Source: an uncultured Nitrospiraceae bacterium
GTDB taxonomy: Bacteria > Nitrospirota > UBA9217
Reading direction: 5' to 3'
DNA length: 64,000 nucleotides
Assembly: GCA_964447405.1 (NCBI GenBank)
Contig: CAYUSP010000001.1
Span: 495,909-559,908, forward strand
This document shows, one piece after another, positions 57,046 through 64,000 of the stretch. Position numbers and translations under genes: made by a program. How positions within the stretch are numbered: the stretch's first letter is position 1; every line of letters begins with the position of its first letter. A model generated the notes under the pieces. It ran no database searches, was not told the DNA's origin, and saw nothing but the letters and a program-made list of their open reading frames with translations.

Positions 57046-59184
57046 TTGATGCAATCAAAGGATATCGTCGCGAATCCGCGAAAAACACGCATGAATTCAT
57101 CCCTTATTTCTCGAATTATCCCTGTCTTCGGATTAAGCCGTCTTGCCTTAGCACTGACAGCTCTTAACCTGGTCCTGTTATTATTCCCCCTGAATATTCA
57201 AGCAGCACCACACATCTTCAAAACAAAAAAAGAACCTGTCGTCCAACCAGGGCCATCATTAACAGCGAGAATGACAGCACGCCGGCCTGAGGGCTATTAT
57301 CACGCGCCCGCACTCTATCCGGCTGCAGTCAATATTCTGCTTCTCCGGGTCGAGTTCCAGGGAGAAGCAAATCCGTCCGCTTCGACAGTGACGGGGTCAG
57401 GGCTGTGGAATAACCCGCTGTACGCGCGTAATGGTGATCCTGATTATTGGGTCAATGCAGCCAAGAACAGTTTTATCAACTACTGGACAGAAGTCTCTTA
57501 CGGCAAATTGCTGGTTTCCATTGATACCTCAACAGTAGTTTATCAGCTGCCCGGCACCACCGCATCATACGGTAATGAATCAAATTCAGCACTTGAGAAC
57601 CTGATCTATGACAGCATTTCGCTTGCATCGATGGATCCTGATATCGCAACGCGGCCAACCTTCTCAAACTATGATGCGGTGCTGATCGTACATGCCGGAG
57701 TTGGTGAGGAATCTGATGTGGCGGGTGATACGCCCAATGACCTCTGGTCTCTCTATTATGCTGATACCTGCATTTCAAAGAATGCCACGGGCAACGGCTG
57801 TCTTGCGATAACTCTCAAAGACGGAAGGCCGATTACCGAGGCCATCATCATGCCGCAAACGGACTCACAGGATGCATTCACCATTGACCCTTTGGGCGTC
57901 TATGTGCATGAGTTCGGCCACTGGCTTGGCCTTCCGGACCTGTACTGCACAGGTATGATCTGTTTTCCCGACGGGGTGGGAAAATGGAGCCTGATGGGCG
58001 ACGGCATCTATAATCCTGATCCCGCACTCTGTCCTGCCGCCGGAACACAATGTTTGTACGGGAGTTCACCGGCGCATTTGGATGCATGGAGCAAGGTTTA
58101 TCTCGGATGGGTAGCGCCTTTGACCGCTCTTATGCCAACGGACTTGGGTGTTCATAACTTTCAGGCTGTAGAGAATACACCGGATATCATCAAGGTCCAG
58201 GCATCATCAACAGCGGATACGCAATACTTTCTTCTGGAAAACCGTCAAAGGACGGGATTTGACAAGGGCCTGCCTGGCCACGGTCTGCTGATCTGGCTGG
58301 TTGATGACGTTGTCGTGGCGAACAATATGGCTTCTAATACGATCAACAACAGCAGCTTTCATCCCGGTATCAAAGTCGTGGAAGCTGACAATGACGGGAA
58401 TCTGCAATCTTATGGCTGCGCACCGCCTAATGATTGCGGCAGTTCAGGAGATACGTTCCCGGGTTCGACAGGCAATATCGCTTTGACTCCAATAACATTG
58501 CCATCATCAAATCCCTACTCGTCATCTTCATGGGTGAACATCAGAAACATCACTGAAGCAGCTTCACCTATTGCGGTTGTATCAGCATCTATTGGGTTCG
58601 CGCCGCTTCCTCCGGGAACGCCAGGAATGAATGCAAAAATTGTCAGCTGGCCTTCCCAGTCAGATCCCGAGGTCACCGGCTATAACGTTTATAAGAATGG
58701 CGCTTTGATAGCCACAACTTCCACGACGTCATATCATGATCTCCTTGCTCGAAGATCGGATATCTACCAGATAACGGCAATAGATGCCACGGGAGATGAA
58801 TCCGGCTTTTCCGGCCAGGTGGTGGCGAATATGCAGCTGCAGATCGACAACACGAGTTCACAGTGCTTCATCGCCACTGCTGCATATGGTTCCGCTCTCG
58901 ACCCGCATGTTATGGCGCTGCGAACATTCCGCGACCGATTCCTTCTTACCAATGCGCCGGGCAGCGTGCTGGTATCTCTGTACTATCGGTACTCACCGCC
59001 CCTGGCGGATTATATAAGCAGACACGAGGACATGAGAACCATGTCACGGGTATTGCTTACACCTGTGGTGTATGCGGTTCTCTATCCGTCAGCAGCCATC
59101 CTGCTTGCACTCTGCTCAGTCGCCTGGTTGATGATCGTAAGAAAGCGATTGGTGCCGGAAGACGTCCGTAGGGATCGCACTTGA
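57046..59184 (+). CDS. M6 family metalloprotease paralog with the same C-terminal module
   Basis: [16 protein letters not shown] again. Module [10 protein letters not shown]…LRTFRD…[12 protein letters not shown] + TM + RKR spans 58864-59184. Confidence 0.75.
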   Translation: MMQSKDIVANPRKTRMNSSLISRIIPVFGLSRLALALTALNLVLLLFPLNIQAAPHIFKTKKEPVVQPGPSLTARMTARRPEGYYHAPALYPAAVNILLLRVEFQGEANPSASTVTGSGLWNNPLYARNGDPDYWVNAAKNSFINYWTEVSYGKLLVSIDTSTVVYQLPGTTASYGNESNSALENLIYDSISLASMDPDIATRPTFSNYDAVLIVHAGVGEESDVAGDTPNDLWSLYYADTCISKNATGNGCLAITLKDGRPITEAIIMPQTDSQDAFTIDPLGVYVHEFGHWLGLPDLYCTGMICFPDGVGKWSLMGDGIYNPDPALCPAAGTQCLYGSSPAHLDAWSKVYLGWVAPLTALMPTDLGVHNFQAVENTPDIIKVQASSTADTQYFLLENRQRTGFDKGLPGHGLLIWLVDDVVVANNMASNTINNSSFHPGIKVVEADNDGNLQSYGCAPPNDCGSSGDTFPGSTGNIALTPITLPSSNPYSSSSWVNIRNITEAASPIAVVSASIGFAPLPPGTPGMNAKIVSWPSQSDPEVTGYNVYKNGALIATTSTTSYHDLLARRSDIYQITAIDATGDESGFSGQVVANMQLQIDNTSSQCFIATAAYGSALDPHVMALRTFRDRFLLTNAPGSVLVSLYYRYSPPLADYISRHEDMRTMSRVLLTPVVYAVLYPSAAILLALCSVAWLMIVRKRLVPEDVRRDRT

Positions 59185-59224
59185 AGCGCAATACTGGGGA
59201 GATTGTAAATGCGCTGTGAATTGG

Positions 59225-59998
59225 TTACTTCTTTTTGCTTTCCTGCCAAAGCATTTCCATCTCATCCAATGTCATATCATTCAGTGATTTCCCTTCATTC
59301 GCCGCATGCTCCTCGATATACCGGAACCGGTGAATGAACTTGCTGATGGTCTTACGGAGCGCTTCCTCGGGATTGACCCCAAGGAAACGCGAGATGTTCA
59401 CCAGCATAAAGAATATATCACCGAGTTCCTCCTCGATGCCTGCCGCATCCTTGCTTTTCAGTGATTCCTTGAATTCAGAGATTTCCTCATCAAGTTTGGG
59501 CAGGGCTTCGTCGATTTTGCTCCAATCGAAGCCAACCCGCGCGGCGCGCTCCTGCAGGCTGTGGGCGCGAAGCAGCGAGGGCAGGTGGCGGGGGACTCCT
59601 TCGAGGATGGACGTGCGTTCCTCATAGCCTTTTTCCTTTTTCTTGATCTCTTCCCAGTTTGAAAGGACCTCTTTGTCCGTGGTCAGGCGCGCATCGCCAA
59701 AAACATGGGGATGGCGGCGGGTCATCTTCTCTACAGACCCGGCAATGACGTCATGGATCGTGAATTGAGCGTTCTCTTCGGCGATGCGGGCATGAAATAT
59801 GATCTGGAAGAGCAGGTCGCCCAGCTCTTCTTTTACCTTCTCGGGATCGTTTTCATCAAGTGCATCGACGACCTCGTAGCACTCCTCAATGAGAAACGGC
59901 TTGAGCGATGACGTGGTCTGTTTGCGGTCCCAGGGGCAGCCGTCAGGTCCGCGAAGCCTTGCCATAAGTGCAGTAAGTTCAGATAAATTGTCGGTCAT
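59225..59998 (-). CDS. mazG: Nucleoside triphosphate pyrophosphohydrolase MazG
   Basis: Two EExxE-type MazG repeats (EECYEVVDALDE; EELGDIFFMLV). I chose the MTDNLSEL start. Confidence 0.8.
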   Translation of the reverse strand: MTDNLSELTALMARLRGPDGCPWDRKQTTSSLKPFLIEECYEVVDALDENDPEKVKEELGDLLFQIIFHARIAEENAQFTIHDVIAGSVEKMTRRHPHVFGDARLTTDKEVLSNWEEIKKKEKGYEERTSILEGVPRHLPSLLRAHSLQERAARVGFDWSKIDEALPKLDEEISEFKESLKSKDAAGIEEELGDIFFMLVNISRFLGVNPEEALRKTISKFIHRFRYIEEHAANEGKSLNDMTLDEMEMLWQESKKK

Positions 59999-60141
59999 TG
60001 TGAAGAATCCCCCTTCATGCGTGACAAAGATACACAAGCAACCAATTGTTTGCAAGCTTTTTTCTTGAAGGCATCCTTCAACTATGGTAATGTATTCACA
60101 GTGTTCCCATTCGCACCGTTTCCGATGAAAGGAGATTCATC

Positions 60142-60555
60142 ATGTTTCCACGTGCTATTTACGCGGTCATTCTCATTGCTTCCTGCATCCTGCTCACTGG
60201 AATGGGAGGGACCGGGGGATTCGAACGGGCGCCCAGAGTGGAAAAGAACTTTTCTGTCATTGTCACCGACTCGGCCGGTGGCAAGATAGAGGGCGAGAAA
60301 TTCAGCTGGGAAGGCCGCATTCATTTCTCGGGCTACCTGGGGATGGCGCAGGTGACCATGCCTTTCGAAAAGATCAGAGAACTTACGGTCGGAGAGAGAC
60401 GGGAAAAAAAGGTAAAAGTAACCGCACAACTGCTTGACGGAACCACGGCGGAATTCGATGTGGACGCGAAAACACGCTGCTTCGGAGAAGCGGGTTTCGG
60501 CAGTTTTATGCTGATGATGGATGAGATAAAGTCGGTTGTGTTCAAGAAGAAATGA
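60142..60555 (+). CDS. Hypothetical small lipoprotein
   Basis: Lipobox LIASC, GGAG Shine-Dalgarno sequence, 137 aa. Confidence 0.45.
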   Translation: MFPRAIYAVILIASCILLTGMGGTGGFERAPRVEKNFSVIVTDSAGGKIEGEKFSWEGRIHFSGYLGMAQVTMPFEKIRELTVGERREKKVKVTAQLLDGTTAEFDVDAKTRCFGEAGFGSFMLMMDEIKSVVFKKK

Positions 60556-60701
60556 CGTTAGTCATCGCCGAAGACACAGCAGGAAAGTTTCGAGAGAAGC
60601 TGTTGCAGGGACGGCAAGCACAATATCCCGACGTTTCCTGACCGCCTCTATGAACAGATCTGCGTGCGTTTTTCATTAACATCCACTTTCTCTTACCTCC
60701 A

Positions 60702-63275
60702 GTGAACGGCTTGAATCAAACACAATCATCAGCAGGTTACAGCGGCATCAGGGCGCTGCTTGAAGAAGAAGGCGCGGTCATTCGTGAAGCCCACTTTGCC
60801 GGTGCAGGCGGCAGCGAGGTTGTCCAGCGCCGCACCAGCCTCATAGACAGAATCCTCCGCGAAACGCATGTACAACTGAACACCGATGGTTCCTTGCCGG
60901 TTCTCCTCGCCGTAGGCGGTTATGGCAGAGGGGAGATGAATCCCTATTCAGACATCGATATCATGCTGCTGTGCAGGGATGAACGGGACCGTCAACGTTC
61001 CCCGGACCTTCTCTATCCGCTATGGGACGCGGGCATGGATGTGGGATACAGTGTCCGCACCATTGATGAGTGTGTTGCTCTTGCACGTCAGGACATCAAG
61101 ATACGGACCTCACTTTTCGAGTCACGGCATATTGCAGGATCACCGGATTTGTTCGCAACGTTCCTCAAGACCATGCAGAGTGAGGTCTTTTACTGGAGGG
61201 TGGATAATTTCATCAAGGAAAAGCTGGCCGATCGAGGTGATATCCGCCAGAAGTTTGGCGGATCGATCTATCTGCGGGAACCCAATATTAAAGAGGGCAC
61301 GGGCGGCCTGCGGGACATCCATACCGCGATGTGGGCCGCCTTCGCGCGCTTCAGGACTCAGTCGCTGGACGACCTGGCAGCCAGGAAGCTGATCACAGAA
61401 GGGCAACTTGCGGTCTTCCTTCGATCGCGCGGCTTTCTCTGGAGGCTCAGGAACGAGATCCACTACTTGTCCGGCAGAAAGAACGACCACTTGACTTTCG
61501 ATTTGCAGGAGCGCGTGGCAAAGGATTTTAAATACCGGGACTCCGCGCACCTGCTCGCGGTTGAGCGCTTTATGAAGGCCTACTTTATCCACGCCCGGAA
61601 TATCCGTGAATTTTCGAACATCATCATCGACGCCGTCCTGCACAAACCATCGTGGAAATGGTACGAACACACAATACGATTGGGTCCCTTTTCCATTAAA
61701 GGCCGAACGCTATTCCCGGCATCCGATACGGTCATCAAAGAGAATCCATCCCTGTCCATCACCGCATTCGAATTGGCTCACCTCAGGCATGCTACCCTGT
61801 CGGACCATTTGAAAGAAATGATCCGGTTATGCAGAATCAGCGACGAGGTACGAGCTTCTTCTTCGGCGTCCGCTGCATTTTGTTCGATATTGAACAATCC
61901 CGACGGTCTTTCGCAAACTCTGATCCTGATGAAGGAGCTCAAACTTCTCGGTCGATATCTGCCAGAATTCCGTGCGATACAGGCACTGGCAAGGCACGAT
62001 TACTATCATCGCTATACTGTTGACGAACATATCCTGCTTGCGATACGCAACCTGGAACTCGTGTGGACAGGCCAGCTGACAGGCCATCCAACGCTCGCGG
62101 AGGCATTTCGCAGTGTAAAAAAAAGGTGGATACTTACCCTTGCCCTTCTGCTGCATGACCTGGGAAAAGCGTTTAGGGACAACCATGAGTTGCGAGGGGA
62201 GGAACTTGCCAAGGGCATCCTTGACCGATTGGGCATTGTCGGCGATGATCGGCAGAGAATTCTCCTGCTGATCAGGCATCATGTGGTCATGACGCTTCTG
62301 TCGCAGAGGAGGGAACTGGGCGATCGGAAAGTCATCGATGATTTTGCGAGATTGGTGCAGGACCGCGAAAACCTCAACATGCTTTATCTGCTTACCTATG
62401 CGGATATTTCAGCGGTAAATCCTACGGCCTGGACACAGTGGAAATCAGTGCTTTTACGGGACTTGTATGTGAGAACACTGCACAGCCTCGAGGGGCGCGC
62501 GAACCTTGACGAGGAGACACAAGACAGGCTGGCCTCAGCACGGGAAAGAATCACCCGTGGATTGCAGGGCCGCTTCCCGTTGGAAGAAATAGAGGCCTAT
62601 CTCGCTACAATGCCTGAACAGTATATCCTGATGGTTTCAAATCAACGCGTGGCTGATCATCTTGAGATGATGCGGGTTCTTCCTAAAGAAAACCTCGTAA
62701 TCCGGCATCGTCACGAACCCGAACGTGGCTACACGGAACTCACGGTATGCGCTTATGACGCCTACGGCATGTTCTACCGGACAGCCGGAGCGATCGCGGC
62801 CAAACATCTGAGCATTTTGCGCGCTCAGGTGTTCACCTCTAAACAGGGCGTGATGCTTGATACATTCCAGATCACCGATCCCGCTGGCAACATGTGCGAT
62901 TACGAAGATGTTTGGGAGAGCGTGCGCACAGACTTGCGCAATGTCTTAATGCACGGGGGGCGTCCGCCGGAACCGGGCCTGTTCAAGACGCCGGCAGGCA
63001 CAACCGTAGTTGCATCGCCAACCGTTGAATTTGACAATACCACCTCGGATCAATTCACGATCATCGATATCACTGCCCGGGACAGGGTAGGATTTCTTTA
63101 TCATGTGGCCAGAACTCTCTTTGAACTGAACCTGGATATCTGTTCTGCGAAGATCGTCACTGAAGGTTCGAGGGTCATGGATGCTTTTTATGTGACCGAT
63201 CTCTTCAGAAGGAAAATCGATGACAGCGCCCGGTTGATTAAAATTAAAGACGCCTTGACGAGTGTTATCGCTTAA
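60702..63275 (+). CDS. glnD: [Protein-PII] uridylyltransferase/uridylyl-removing enzyme GlnD
   Basis: NTase domain (GGYGRGEMNPYSDIDIML), HD domain, two C-terminal ACT domains, 857 aa. Confidence 0.85.
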   Translation: MNGLNQTQSSAGYSGIRALLEEEGAVIREAHFAGAGGSEVVQRRTSLIDRILRETHVQLNTDGSLPVLLAVGGYGRGEMNPYSDIDIMLLCRDERDRQRSPDLLYPLWDAGMDVGYSVRTIDECVALARQDIKIRTSLFESRHIAGSPDLFATFLKTMQSEVFYWRVDNFIKEKLADRGDIRQKFGGSIYLREPNIKEGTGGLRDIHTAMWAAFARFRTQSLDDLAARKLITEGQLAVFLRSRGFLWRLRNEIHYLSGRKNDHLTFDLQERVAKDFKYRDSAHLLAVERFMKAYFIHARNIREFSNIIIDAVLHKPSWKWYEHTIRLGPFSIKGRTLFPASDTVIKENPSLSITAFELAHLRHATLSDHLKEMIRLCRISDEVRASSSASAAFCSILNNPDGLSQTLILMKELKLLGRYLPEFRAIQALARHDYYHRYTVDEHILLAIRNLELVWTGQLTGHPTLAEAFRSVKKRWILTLALLLHDLGKAFRDNHELRGEELAKGILDRLGIVGDDRQRILLLIRHHVVMTLLSQRRELGDRKVIDDFARLVQDRENLNMLYLLTYADISAVNPTAWTQWKSVLLRDLYVRTLHSLEGRANLDEETQDRLASARERITRGLQGRFPLEEIEAYLATMPEQYILMVSNQRVADHLEMMRVLPKENLVIRHRHEPERGYTELTVCAYDAYGMFYRTAGAIAAKHLSILRAQVFTSKQGVMLDTFQITDPAGNMCDYEDVWESVRTDLRNVLMHGGRPPEPGLFKTPAGTTVVASPTVEFDNTTSDQFTIIDITARDRVGFLYHVARTLFELNLDICSAKIVTEGSRVMDAFYVTDLFRRKIDDSARLIKIKDALTSVIA

Positions 63276-63319
63276 CAAATGATCCCGGGTTTGCTGGGAT
63301 CGGCCCAATCAGATTGATT

Positions 63320-64000
63320 ATGTCTTATTCCAAGAAAAAAAAATATGCGCTGCTCCTGATCATCCTGATCTCAACTCTTTCAGGGATCGAACTGTATGTC
63401 CAGAGCGACGCGTTCAGCCTGATGATCAGGCCGTATGTTGTCGTACCACTCAAAGAAATGCTTGGCGAGGAAGTCCGCATAGGCCGGGTTAAAGCACGCT
63501 TTCTCCCGCCATCGCTCGAGGTCCGGGACCTATCCTTTCAAGGAAGGAATGGGGATGAAATTGCGGCAATCAGGAGAATAACCGCTTATCTGAATCCCGT
63601 TCCGCTCATCCTGAAAAAAGTCCGCATACCATCGATTACCATATTGGAGCCTCGCGTTTTCGCGGTCAGATCGCAGGATGGCTCCATAAATCTGCAGCCG
63701 CTCGCGGAACGGTTGCGACAAGGTTTTGCTGTTAAACAGCCAACAGGGGCTGACACTGACGGCTATCATTTGCTGCTCCGCTCGATCATCATTAAAAAAG
63801 GCCGAATTGTCTTCCAGGATGATTCGACCCCTGCTAACCTGTCCCTAGCTGACCTCTCCATGATTGTGAGCGTAGACGTTTCTCAGGAGCGCGTTACGAC
63901 CTCATTACAGGAAGGGCGTCTGAGTATTTCGGCGCCTGCATACCCGGAGTTGACCGGTAATCTCAAAGCCAAGGTGAGATATGATCATGGCCGCATTCAT
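63320..64000 (+). CDS. AsmA/TamB-like envelope protein. It is 3'-truncated at the window edge.
   Basis: The frame is open from ATG 63320 to the window end (227 codons). It has an N-terminal TM anchor (YALLLIILISTL) and a beta-rich periplasmic region. Confidence 0.45.
   Translation, partial: MSYSKKKKYALLLIILISTLSGIELYVQSDAFSLMIRPYVVVPLKEMLGEEVRIGRVKARFLPPSLEVRDLSFQGRNGDEIAAIRRITAYLNPVPLILKKVRIPSITILEPRVFAVRSQDGSINLQPLAERLRQGFAVKQPTGADTDGYHLLLRSIIIKKGRIVFQDDSTPANLSLADLSMIVSVDVSQERVTTSLQEGRLSISAPAYPELTGNLKAKVRYDHGRIH

Noticed and set aside
1-64000. Search for rRNA, tRNA, CRISPR arrays, integrases, transposases
   Set aside because: I found no cloverleaf-like conserved tRNA stretches, no repeat-spacer arrays and no recombinase-like ORFs by eye. 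The window is almost fully occupied by protein-coding genes.

Overview
This 64-kb window is chromosomal DNA of about 56% GC from a Deltaproteobacteria-like anaerobe. That assignment rests on Geobacter-style gene context: a recG–pilD–sensor kinase–sigma54 regulator block and a heptaheme cytochrome c/dihaem cytochrome b pair that resembles Cbc-type complexes.

The window is almost entirely coding, with about 54 CDSs. In order they are:
- a partial membrane-anchored gene running off the 5' edge, on the minus strand;
- a tandem-glutaredoxin protein;
- livM–livG–livF;
- truA;
- the cytochrome c / cytochrome b pair, with a NosL-like lipoprotein convergent to it;
- rpmB;
- a TetR–TolC–MFP–RND efflux operon;
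- MacA/MacB-type ABC exporter genes translationally coupled to a cohesin+dockerin protein;
- recG, a small coiled-coil gene, pilD, a PilS-like kinase and a PilR-like regulator;
- nfo, DUF2147, TIGR01212 radical SAM and PHP genes;
- a TPR protein coupled to a PCu(A)C chaperone, then a beta-propeller with a terminal CxxCH and an FtsX-type ABC exporter;
- a hybrid PAS kinase, mltD, a queE-like gene, a CHASE2 cyclase, SH3b and M48 genes;
- an envelope cluster of two FadL-like outer-membrane paralogs, a 953-aa lipoprotein, two M6 (InhA-like) metalloprotease paralogs, a Ser/Thr-rich lipoprotein and a thioredoxin-fold protein;
- mazG, glnD and a partial AsmA-like gene.

I saw no rRNA, tRNA or CRISPR array.

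The strongest candidate for an undescribed system is a roughly 3-kb low-GC (~40–45%) island at 26534–29507, between the sigma54 regulator and nfo. It carries three same-strand genes:
- a four-helix-bundle protein of the 23S-rRNA-IVS/Avd family with a 9-nt tandem-repeat insertion;
- a complete but divergent LigA-type NAD+-dependent DNA ligase;
- a small SWIM zinc-finger protein.
I do not recognise this combination as a known operon.

Other observations worth a second look:
- The two M6 proteases share a conserved ~105-aa C-terminal module ([10 protein letters not shown]…LRxFRD…YYxYSPPxADYI + TM helix + basic tail) that looks like a dedicated anchoring or sorting domain.
- Related palindromic repeats (core AAGCCGCAAAG) bracket livGF.
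- A near-consensus sigma54 promoter lies upstream of the cytochrome operon.
- A TetR operator palindrome overlaps its own promoter.
- A copper-chaperone/propeller-cytochrome/ABC cluster is present.
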